Below, piece after piece: positions 41,201 to 52,189 of a stretch of DNA of 64,000 nucleotides (position 1 is its first letter; every line of letters starts with the position of its first letter). This DNA comes from Anthoceros angustus. Lineage: Eukaryota; Plantae; Anthocerotophyta. The DNA lies in NCBI GenBank assembly GCA_010909165.1, contig MU008203.1, forward strand, positions 372,001-436,000, in the 5' to 3' direction. The notes below the pieces were generated by a model that worked only from the letters and a program-made list of their open reading frames with translations, did no database searches and was not told where the DNA came from. The translations under genes and the position numbers were made by a program.

Positions 41201-42381
41201 TGAAGAAAGGACCCGAGGTCCGCCCCCAGAAAGTCTGGACTCGGAGGTCCGGACTCTAGTGACGGACCCCACAGGGTGCTCGAGGGGGCCCAAGATCGGA
41301 CCTAAAGGCGAGTCCGGACCCAGGTTCGGACTCCGGAGAAGGCCAGGACTCAGGTCCGGACCCGAGAAGAGGCCGGACCTAGAGGTCGGACTCGTCGAGG
41401 GACCCGAGGACCGGACTCGGGGAGGGAGGGAGCCACCAATCACCAGCCCGACAGGCCTTCTCTTGGAGGCCCGTACAAGGCCCGCCAGAGATAGAGAGGA
41501 TGGGAGGAGGATTTAGTGGTGCGGTTGTCGGCCGCCAGGTGTAGCTGAGAACCTCGGGGAGGTAGCGCCCGCCCGCGGATCATCCGATTGGGTGCGCCGA
41601 TTGTCGGGGCCTTGGGCCGCCAGCCAAGGCGGAATCGAGGCAACCATCCACCACCGTGAATAGGTGGAATAGGGAAATAGTAGGCGGCCGATTAGGGCGC
41701 CGAGGCCATCGGCTCGATAGGGGGTGTAATAAAGGCCGACCTTGCGTAGTATAAGAGGGCGAAAGCTCTAAGTAAAGTATCTTTCTCTTGGTGTTGATGC
41801 GTCTTCTTCGCAGGCCCTTTGTGCCTTCTTGCTAGCGTGAGTTCGAAGTCCGGCCGGGCTGGAGGCGATCAAGGTCCCGTGTGGATCCTAACGTGTGGTG
41901 GTGTGTGGGGATTTAACGACGGGGACCCTTGCTCGCCCGTAGCAAATAACCGACGCTGGGCGAACGTGAGCCGAGGAACCCGGAGGGCGGTAGAGTCGGC
42001 AGAGGCCCGGTGAACAACGGAGGAGGTCCGAACCACGCAGCCCACCCATTTTTTTCCAAAGGACGATGAGTGTCGCGAGAGATGTGGAGATTTTAGCGTG
42101 AGTGATTTTAGATGAGTGTAACGAGAGTGGTAAGAGGGACGGACTAGAAGTACGAGGGACGGACTAGAATGCTACGGACGCGAACGAGTCCTTGAATGTT
42201 TGGCCTCACCAAGCCTGTTCGGTGGACATCACGAGTAGATAGTAGCGGAAACGATAAACGTATGTGTTTGAGTCCGAACGGCCGAAACGATTGAACGGCA
42301 AACGGAGCCCATCATTCTCCGGAGCGGACTTTACTACAACGACACGGATTGTGCGCGCGGGCCGCGGAAAATCGCGCCACA
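38202..42381 (+). mobile_element. Family A LTR element: decayed extra ORF, GGACTC/GGACC repeats and 3' LTR
   Basis: Long purine-rich decayed ORF at about 38.5-41.1 kb, short repeats at 41170-41420, then TATAAGAGGGC (about 41750) and the terminus CGCGCCACA at 42381, directly abutting copia RT sequence. Confidence 0.7.
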
Positions 42382-43541
42382 AAAGCTATCTATGAACAAT
42401 GCCCGAAATGTAAGAAGAAAAGGCCGAGATGGCACTCAAGCCTTACCGACAAGCTGTTGGTTGTTTAATCTATCTATCAGGTTGGACTAGATTAGACATC
42501 ACACGTGCAGTTAGTAATGTAAGTCAATTTTTAGAGAACCCTAGCTTGCCACATTGGGCTGTAGTGAAGAGAATTTTTAGGTACCTCAAAGGAACAGCAC
42601 GCAAAGGTTTACGTTTTTCTAAGCAACCAGATGGTTTGCAGCTAATGTCCTTTTGTGATGCCGACTGGGCTGGTGACCCAGACACTAGACGTAGTATTGC
42701 AGCCTACTGTACATTTTTAGGTGGATCAGTTATCTCTTGGTCAAGTAAAAAGCTCACTACTATTTGTCTTTCCTCTACGGAAGCAGAATATGGTGCCATG
42801 ACACAAGCTGCTAGAGAGGTTATTTGGATTAGATCTTTCTTAAGTGGACTTAAGCAGCTTCATGAAGGACCAACTCAACTTTGGTGCGACAACCAGTCGG
42901 CCATTGCTTTATCGAAGAATCCAGTTTTTCATGCTAGAAGTAAGCATATCGAGATTGCTCATCATTTTATAAGACAAGCAGAGTAAAGAGGTAATAGTGG
43001 ACTATGTTGCCACTTCAAAAATGTGGCTGACCTTTTGACAAAGTCTTTGCCAAAGTTGGTACATGAGAAACATACTTTGGCAGCTTGGCTACAATTTATA
43101 CCTGCTGTGAGCAAAGCAGGAATAGCTCATTAGTTGATTTCCTCTTTCATCTGGCTTGGTGATTGGATGAAGCCTTATTGTGTTATGTGATCACACTTGG
43201 AACTCTTTTCCGCTTATATCGGTGGGAGTACACTTTCTATTATGAAGTCAATTTTCAAGATATTTTCAAGCTTATCAATTAACTCCTAATTGCAACTAAG
43301 TGGGAGTAATGGAATATAGCTTATTTTGGAATAGATATGTGTTAAAACATAATGGTGATTTCAGTTACACTTAAATTAGGTTTAGTTTTATTATTCGTTA
43401 ATTAATGACCGTCAATAACCGTTTTTGTATAAGACCCTTTCTTTGTGTGTAATTTGTATCATCTTTCGATTCCAACTTGCTCTTGTCCCTCTTGCTTACC
43501 TCTTGCACGATCTTCACACATGCGATCCTAGGCTACCAACT
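42382..43541 (+). mobile_element. Second Ty1/copia fragment: RT C-terminus, RNase H, PPT and short 3' LTR
   Basis: PYRQAVGCLIYL..TRLDI, VKRIFRYLKGT, FCDADWAGD, SSTEAEY, CDNQSAI, ARSKHIEI and ADLLTKSL. A PPT (AAGTGGGAG) precedes an LTR-like 43307-43540 with TATAAGA ending CCAAC. Confidence 0.9.
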
Positions 43542-43547
43542 TCTTTA

Positions 43548-45426
43548 GAGGTGGAGGCCCAAATGATGCAAGTCCAATTGCACGTGAAGGTTGGTGGTTG
43601 CCATTACGGTGACTAGCTTGGGTATCACCCCCGATGGATGCTCTCTTCGAAGTGCGTCCTCGTCAATGTTGACCAATACTAATCCCGTAGGTATGTCTTT
43701 GTACCCTATGGTGCGGCCCATCTCGGCTCACCCACGTCGGCGGCTCGTGCATCTCCACATCGGCCCACATCGTCGCTATGGATCCGGACGGAAATGATTT
43801 CAAGCGCACGACTTTCGTTGTGGTCGACCTACCGCAGGACGGAAATGGTTTGTTTCAAGGCGCAGACTTTTCGTTGGAGTGGTAGTAGCTACTACTACCT
43901 ATATACTAGCTACGCGTTATACTTATAGGACTACTTGTCCTTGGCCTTTGGCCAATGCCTCATGAGCAAGCTAGAATGTCTCGATAAAAACTATAATAAT
44001 AATATTACACGCACCATGACCCAAGGACAACAAATGCTCATTGATGGTTTAGCGAATGGCGGCCTTCCTTTTCCTTTTCCCTCACCCCGGTGCATGCAAG
44101 TGAGAACATCACTTTCATTTCCATCAAAATTTCTTTCATTTGTTTACAACTGTGTTTCAATTGTCCAACTAATCAAATTGATCGAATCCAAGCCATACTC
44201 CCTATAGTCACAATTGATATGATTCGGTCATGGAAGTAGTCCTTTCTACCGCTTTCTCTTGCGACCGGAATTGCTCGTCTGAGTCAGTCTTGGGGTTGGT
44301 TACCGTTCTTTTCGTTTGGTGTGCGGTGGGATGGGATCTGTTGTTCAAAAACTTCGACGGTGCAATAGTCCTTCCTCCGAGATGTGGAGGTGTCACGAAT
44401 GGAACATAGTGGCCAAGTTCTTGTCTTGAACCGCTATCAACCCACGAACCCTCTCAATGCCGGTGCGTCGAGGCGCAATCGTTTTACTGAGCCGGCTCAT
44501 ATCTTGACTAGGGTTGCGTGAAGCTCTACCAAGTCGATTGCGTATCTATCTTTATCTTTAAGCACTTCGTCCGGCACAATGTTGGAAACCGTGAAGTCGT
44601 TAGGATCAAAATGTGCATTGTACCCCAACACTGTTGACCATCGCGACCGACTTCAAACACCATTACATTCTGCGCGATGCTGGTCCTAGCACGTTCACCG
44701 TCGACACGAACACGCGCAATGTCGGGTAAGGCCAGGGACCGGTCGGACCCTCACCGTTGCCATAGCTCCGCCGTTTTGCTCGGGCGGTACTCCACGTTGG
44801 GGAGGTGGAGGCCCAAATGATGCAAGTCAATTGCGTGAAGGTTGGTGGTTGCCATCACGTTGACTAGCTTGGGTATCACCCCGATGGATGCTCTCTTGAA
44901 GTCGTCCTCGTCAATGTTGACCAATACTAATCCGTAGGTGTGTCTTTGTACCCTAGTGCGGCCCATCTCGCTCCGGCGGCCACGCGGCTCGTGCATCTCC
45001 ACATCGGCCCCGACATCGTGCTATGGATCCGGACGGAAATGATTTCAAGTCACGACTTTCGTTGTGGTGGTACCGACCTACGCAGACGGAAATGGTTTGT
45101 TTCAAGGCGCGACTTTTCGTTGGAGTGGTAGTAGCTACTACTACCTATATACTAGCTCTTGCGTTATACTTATAGGACTACTTGTCCTTGGCCTTTGGCC
45201 AATGCTGTGACAAGCTAGAATGTCTCGATAAAAACTATAATAATATTACACGCACCATGACCCAAGGACAACAAATGCTCATTGATGGTTTAGCGAATGT
45301 GCCTTCCTTCCTTTTCCCTCACCCTCGGTGCATGCAAGTGAGAACATCACTTTCATTTCCATCAACATTTCTTTCATTTGTTTACAACTGTGAATTGTCC
45401 AACTAATCAAATTGATCGAATCCAAG
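43548..45426. repeat. About 1.25 kb period direct duplication (43548-44192 similar to 44802-45426)
   Basis: Both copies start GAGGTGGAGGCCCAAATGATGCAAGTC and end CAAATTGATCGAATCCAAG. The left copy is truncated at the copia LTR. Confidence 0.9.
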
Positions 45427-45899
45427 TGTGGAATGTAAAAGTTTGGGCAACCAGCCCAAAAGAGCTGGAGGAAGGACGAATTTGATTTTTTTTGGCTAAA
45501 ATCGATTGAAGGGGATCATGCCGGGAATTTTCTGAATTCTTTGAAGCTGGAGTTGGAGGGTAGTGGTGGGGAAGCAAGGAGGATATCCCAGGGAAAAGAA
45601 ACGGGTCAAAATGACCCCTAGATGAGACAGGAAGGCAGCCCGAAAGGCGGTGGTGTGAGACCTCGCCAGTAGGCTGCCACACCATGCCTAGGTTCGGAAG
45701 AAGCACTACCACGGTGGTGGCGGAGTACTGAGGGGGTAGGCCGACGAGATCTCGGCCGAAGGGAATTAGAATAGGGGAATATCCACTATATATGCCCACC
45801 AATAGGGAATAAATATATAGAGTAATTAGAAAGCGATTAATTAGGGATCTTGTTGTGCAGGCAAGGAGCCGTGGCCCTCCCTTCTTGCTGTGCATATGA

Positions 45900-46910
45900 T
45901 TCTAAGTGATCACACTTTTCTCAATGAGTCCATAAAATTTTTCTAAGTGTCCCACACACTTTGCGTACATGTTTACCAAGCTGCCACCCACCACCATATC
46001 AGCCTGAAGTCCCTGCTCTTCAATCTTTGCATGAAGTTGTTTCCCATGTATAAAGCTGACACACACCCCATAGCACATGCCTGAAAGAGGCACACAAAGG
46101 TCACAGAATCGGGAACAGCAATGCCTCCTTCCAGCATTTTAGTGTAAAGAAAAAGGGCTTCCTGGCACAAGCCCTCGTGCTGTAAAATATCCTGCAATCA
46201 GGGAATTCCAAGTTGCCACACTTTTGCCACAAAGACTGTCAAATACCCTCTGTGCATCCTTCAACTGCCCACACCTTGTATACATGTTTACCAGGCTGCC
46301 ACTAACAGCTACATCAGTATCTATCTTCAATCTGTGCATGAAGCTGTTTCCCCTTCCGTATGGCTGTGGCACCCGCTGTTGCACAGGCCTGCAGGAGGCA
46401 AACATAAGTCACAGCAGTCGCAAGTATAACCTCTTTCGACATAGTACTGTGAAGGGCTTCCAGGCCCAAACCCTCTTGCTGTGCATACCCTGTGATCATG
46501 GCAGTCCAAGTCACGACATTTTTTCGTGAAGTCTGTTAAACACCCACTGCGCATCATTTAGGCTCTCACATAACGTACATGTTGACCAAGCTGCCACCCA
46601 AAACAACGTCAGCTCTGAGTCCACGGTCCACAAGTTGCACGTGTCGCTGCCTTCCCTTCTGTAACCCTGAGACACCCAGACTTGAACATGCTTGCAACAT
46701 GCAGATAAATGTTACTGCGTTAGGAGCAACTTCACCTTCTTCTTGCATAGCCTCATAACGGCGGAGGGCTTCCTGACCCATTTTTCCTCCTGAGCATATC
46801 CAGCAATCATCGCATTCCAGGATACCACATCCTTGATAGGGAAATTGTTCAAAACACGTTGCGCATCCTTAATGTTCCCGCACTTCGAGTGCATGTCCAG
46901 TAAACTATTG
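45900..46910 (-). pseudogene. PLS-class pentatricopeptide repeat (RNA-editing factor type) fragment, frameshifted
   Basis: Repeated [47 protein letters not shown]...G..P(N/D).VTF.C.LQAC and GKQLHAQI motifs across frames. No E/DYW domain is seen. Confidence 0.88.
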
Positions 46911-48215
46911 AAATTGAACCCGGGTGCGAGGCCAAATGGATACACATTTATAAGAACGCCGTTTATTAAGCATCCTTCGCTCACATCGGTACTTAGATGG
47001 GGTGAGTGGATGCTCTTGGTTACTTGCACCAAGGCACACCAGTGTACAAGTTGTTAACTACCAAGTTGTATTGACCACGGATGCGAAAGAAAAAAAAACG
47101 AAGGAAGCATTATTTAAATTATTGTTAATAAAGTAAAAGAAAATAATAAAGGAAGTATTATTTAAATGATTGTTAATAAAGTACATGAGTGCCAAGTACC
47201 TAAGTGAAGGAAGCCTGAGAAAGAAATAATGATTTATATTTCTCTTACGATAAAGGATGAGTACGAACTACCCTTCTTGAAAAACAAAATAACGCTATCT
47301 AATATCACATTAACTAGTTATTGATTATTAATATGAGTTTATATCACAAGATACTAAAGTAATGATTCTATTATTAACTGACTCTAACTAATACTAAAAA
47401 TATAAGAAGAACTATATAATAATTATGAGAAAAAATAAAAACAAGGAAGATATTTAAATAATGAAAAAATAAACCATGAAAAACATGAGCTACACCTCAC
47501 ACTCTTAAAATAACTTGAATAACTATCATTGGGCTAGACCACTATTTATTTCAAAGAGTTAGGTAAGGATTAACAGTCACTTGTTAATAGACTTCTTCCT
47601 TGAATGCTTGCCACAAATTAAAAATTGACTGTAGAATTATCGAATTCTATCAAAAATAGAGAACATAAAGAAGTGATAAAAAAAGGTTCTATACATAAAG
47701 ATTATCTTCTCCTTTTTCGTTGTCCAATAACAAAAGAGCCCTTGGTCAACAAGTTTGATCTGCATCCAAGTGACTATCAATCGGGACATGGAGATACGGT
47801 GATCGAATCCCCTATCTACCTAATGTACCAATATGTACCATAAGACAAACCCTAATGAACCCAAATGTATTAAAAGATAAACCCTAATGAAGATAACTAT
47901 TGAACCCTAATGAACCTAATGCACTTAATGAACCCTAACTAGCAAAAAAATAACTTTTAACTTTCTTACTGTTTTTATATTTTCGGCATATTAGTCGCAA
48001 TTGCCCTGCTAAGCTGCCAGACACACATAGAAGCAGCCATGTTTCGATTCGATTAGTCAAATCGATTGTAGAAGCAGTTATGTTTCCATTTGATTAGTCG
48101 AGTAACGGCACTAGTGAAACAAGGTAGAAAGGTGAAAAGTTGAAAAAGGTAAAAAGCTAAGTTAGTAGCTGCCCTGTTAAGAAGATGCATGTGTTGCATG
48201 CTTCATGCAATCTCT

Positions 48216-48911
48216 TGTTAGAGGAATTGCGACCACAAATGAAGAGCCTGAGAGGACTCTTAGTGATTAGTGGTGCAGAATCCCTAGATTTAACTTTGCC
48301 TAGTTAAGGTCGGTGGGATATATAAGGGCTAGAGCAAGGGCTTTGAGGAACAAGTTACAAGTGGGACTCACTCTTTGAGAGAGAGGCAAGCCTGTTGAGG
48401 CATGAGAGCTAGCTAGTGAGCTTGTCATGGAATCAAGGCGTGCTTGATTGGGCGTGGCATTCCATCGTTGTATTCTTGTAATAAAGAGCACCTCGAGGAG
48501 GTCGTCGATGACGGCGGGCTACTTGGAGCCTAGTCGTGTGTGAGGTTGAGGCGTTGAGAATCGTGCAAGTCTCTTGTGGAGTGAATTGAGGTCCTAGACC
48601 GGCTGGGAAGCCGGCCTTGGCGCTTCCTTCTTGTGAGGAGGGGTGTTACTTGAGTGGTATCGGGCGTAGTCCATTCCTCCGAGTGACTAGAGAGTGCACA
48701 AGATGGTCAATGAGAAGCGTGGAGAGGCTGAAGAAGCGGCGGTCTCACGATCATCCGCCTCAACCGATTCATCATCGTCGGAACAAGAGGAAGTGAGGCG
48801 CCGAGAGCACTGAGCCCATCGAGAGAAGTCGGAGGGAAGAAGCGGATGGTGGAAGTACTTTATCAAGTTCTTCCGGTGTCTTGACGATGTAATGACTTCA
48901 AGGAAGACAAA
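48216..48911 (+). mobile_element. 5' LTR, PBS (tRNA-iMet type) and gag start of another LTR retrotransposon, truncated
   Basis: TGTTAG at 48216, TATATAAGGG at about 48319, AATAAA at 48480, TGTTAC then TGGTATC at 48655-48661, and ATG at 48702. Confidence 0.65.
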
Positions 48912-50056
48912 GAAGGCAGCCCGAAAGGCGGTGGTGTGAGACCTCGCCAGTAGGCTGCCACACCATGCCTAGGTTCGGAAGAAGCACTACCACGGTGGTG
49001 GCGGAGTACTGAGGGGGTAGGCTGACGAGATCTCGGCCGAAAGGGGAATTAGAATAGGGGAATATCCACTATATATGCCCACCAATAGGGAATAAATATA
49101 TAGAGTAATTAGAAAGCGATTAATTAGGGATAGCGGGCAGGATAGGAAAGTAGGCGTTTAGATAGGATTAGGTAATTTAGAATGATGAACCAAATCTAAG
49201 GGGAAGCCTGTGGCAATCATCCAAGGAAGGCAAAGTGCGCTTGGGCAACACCAACTTTCTCTCCAGGGTGTGATCTTCCTTAGCGATGAAGGCGGAGCGT
49301 AAGAGGAAGGAGAAGAAGAAGGAAAGGGAGGCTACCGCCATACCGCCGCGACTTGCGTAACAAGGGGAGGCATGGGCCCAGAGAGGAAACCTAGCTAGGG
49401 CGCAGGAAGAAAAGGAGGCAAGCACCAGGCCTAGAACACCGAGGAGCTTCTGACCTGAGGTGGCGAGGAGCACGTTCAAATCGAAGCGGAGGCGAGCGGA
49501 GGTGCCAAGTCGGGCGCATGTGACCTCGCGATTGTGGAAGGAAGGGCGCCGAGGAACATCATGCACCTCGGGCCCGACACCACATCCCTTGAGGAAGAAC
49601 CACAAAGAGGAGGTTGGCAGCAGCTGGAGAACTCAAGCCAGGGCTAACGTGTGTTGCAGGGTGAGTGTTGTTGCCACAACAAGGAAGGGGTGCGTTTAGG
49701 TGTGGAATTTTGAAGCTCTCAAATTGGAGAGTAATTCCCTTCCTTTGAAGCACTTGGAGAAGGGAAAGGCGCCATGCCTCGAGCAGGGAAAGGCAAGGGG
49801 AAGGAACCGCCTGCCAAGGGCTCCTCCTCGCGAGGAGGGAAAGGAAAGAAGGCAGCAGCGGAGGCTGCGCCGCCAGGAGGGGGTGAGGTCGAGATGCCCC
49901 AATTTACATGCTTTGCAGGGCAGCTCAACCCCAGGGATTTGGTCGATTTTCGGCAGTGGGCAGAAGAAGACAACATCCAATTGGGATGGGTGTATGGCCG
50001 CCAATGGGCCTACACCAATTTGGAATTGATTGAGGAGTGCTACATCAATCTCCACC
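48912..50056 (+). mobile_element. Family B internal region and 5' part of the extra ORF, interrupted by a TIR element
   Basis: MPQFTCFAGQLNPRDLVDFRQWAEEDNIQLGWVYGRQWAYTNLELIEECYINLHQ is homologous to 23050-23200. Homology stops abruptly at about 50057. Confidence 0.75.
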
Positions 50057-52189
50057 AACACGATAAATTTGCAAGGGGGTGAATAAACAAACCCTCTTCG
50101 TTTGGGGTCGGACCCTCTTGCACGCATGCAGCCCCATTCTGAAACCGCCTTCTGACATTTTATTGAAAACAACGGGGAAATCCAGAAGTTCACACAATGG
50201 CACACGACATGCCATAAACATAGTTTTCACCATTGTTACATTGGTGGTGCCCGGCCATCCCAGTCCATTTCAACATCCAAGCCATGGACTTCAATGTCCC
50301 AACCACAGGGTGATTGTACAACAAAAACTTGATGCATCCTAAGTGGGACCTAAAGTTTCAACCTTCCTACCTATATAATCGAGAACTGGACTTCCACGCG
50401 ACTCATCCTACCGAACCGACATCGATCCATAACGACCGCGAGATTGCGCGTTCCATCTCTCCTCGCCGAAACTGCTGCTTTTCCGTGGCTCGCACTGCCT
50501 CTCATCACCCTTGACCCGCCCCCAAATAGTGCTGCTCCAAACAAGATTCAAAGTCCGCTGTCCCACGCCTAAAAGCTCCGGCTTGTTCTCATCATTCTTT
50601 TCCAGCGAGGGAACCACGAGCCTTTAAACCATCCTTCTCACCGATGCATACCATTCTCGCCCAAACCGGGAGGGGCCTCCCATGAGGCTCAAAGTGAGCT
50701 CTTCGCGCCCCGGGACCTCGTGCCCATGGATGCTATGGAATATAGTGACACCTCAAGTCCGCCTCTATGGCGACGGACGCCCACAAAGCAAGGCTAAAAT
50801 GGCGCTCCGCCCAAGAGCATGCATCAAGCACCCACCCTTCCTTCAAAATGTTTTTATGAGCTTCATCATAAGGCCCAGCCGCCTTGGTAACGTGCATACC
50901 ACCAGCTTGTCATTAGAGGTAAACCTGCCACCATGCTGTCATATGCTGCTATGACCGCCCTCCCATTGTTAAACATGCCATCCATGGCATTCTGCATCAT
51001 CGTGGCCCTATCCTTGAACACCCGTCTCACACCACCCCACCGTCACGACTCCACGGTTTCAAACCCTCCTTTGTCATTGCTCATGTTTGTCTTGTCCCAT
51101 ACAAATGACACCATACCTCCTTTCCCCGCACCACTTCCTCATAGACTCTCACCGTATGAGCTTCCTCCACACCATGCATAACGATAATCCGAACTCTTCG
51201 CATGTAGTTTTCTCCGGAAGCTCGAACATCAGATTCATACTTGTGATGTCCATCCTTTGTCCATAGATCCTATATCAAAACCTCGGGGACATCCATGATC
51301 ACTGTGGCATAGTTTCGTTCCTCTCAAATAACATATCCAGACATTTCGCCGACTTGCATCGAACTCGCTTATCCGGTTTTGGACATTGAATACTTAAAGC
51401 CCGCTTCCGCATCTTTGTCCGCCAAATCTCTTGCTCATTCTCAAGCCCCTTCCGTTGTTCACTCAATATAAAATGTTGGAAATCCTGGTAGTTTTGTGAG
51501 GTTGTCCACATCCTTCGCTTGCCGCCGAAACACAAAGGCATTAGAAACGAACGTCCCACGCGCTGGCGCGCTGCCGGCCTCCCACCCTTCCCAACAGCCC
51601 AAGGGAGTGGGGTTGAGGTGAGGACCGCCTATTCCAGAGTGGGAGGTGGTGGGAGGGCGCCTGCCGGCCGCGCCCCGCCTACCCCTCCCATTCATCCACA
51701 CATTTGCATACCAAGCAGTAGGAAAACAAACATAACAACCGAGACCACCGTATCTTTCCGAATTGAGTCTCGAAACCGAAAGCAAGCATTTCGTCAAGAG
51801 AGTGATGGATATTCTAGCCGGACTTCCTCGAACGATGAGCATCCCAAGTGTTTGGCCATGGCAACTTGGATGACGTGGAATTTCTTTCGCAAGGTAATGT
51901 CGTCATCCATCCCTTTCAAATCTATTAGGCCAGCCAAAACCTTCTCCGTAGCGGAAATGAGAATCTGCTGCCCACAATCACCCGCTGGAATACCTTGAAA
52001 CGACTTCCAGGGCTTCGCCAACATATCCTTCGGCTTTACATACGTTGCATCCACTTTCTTCGAATCTTCTGTCACCCACGCTTCCTTTTCCTTCTTGTTT
52101 GTGTGCCCATCACATTGCTCTTCTCGCCTCCGGGCAGTCACCTCCCACTTTGAAAATCTTGTCTATATTCTCCCACACTTTGCCCTCCT

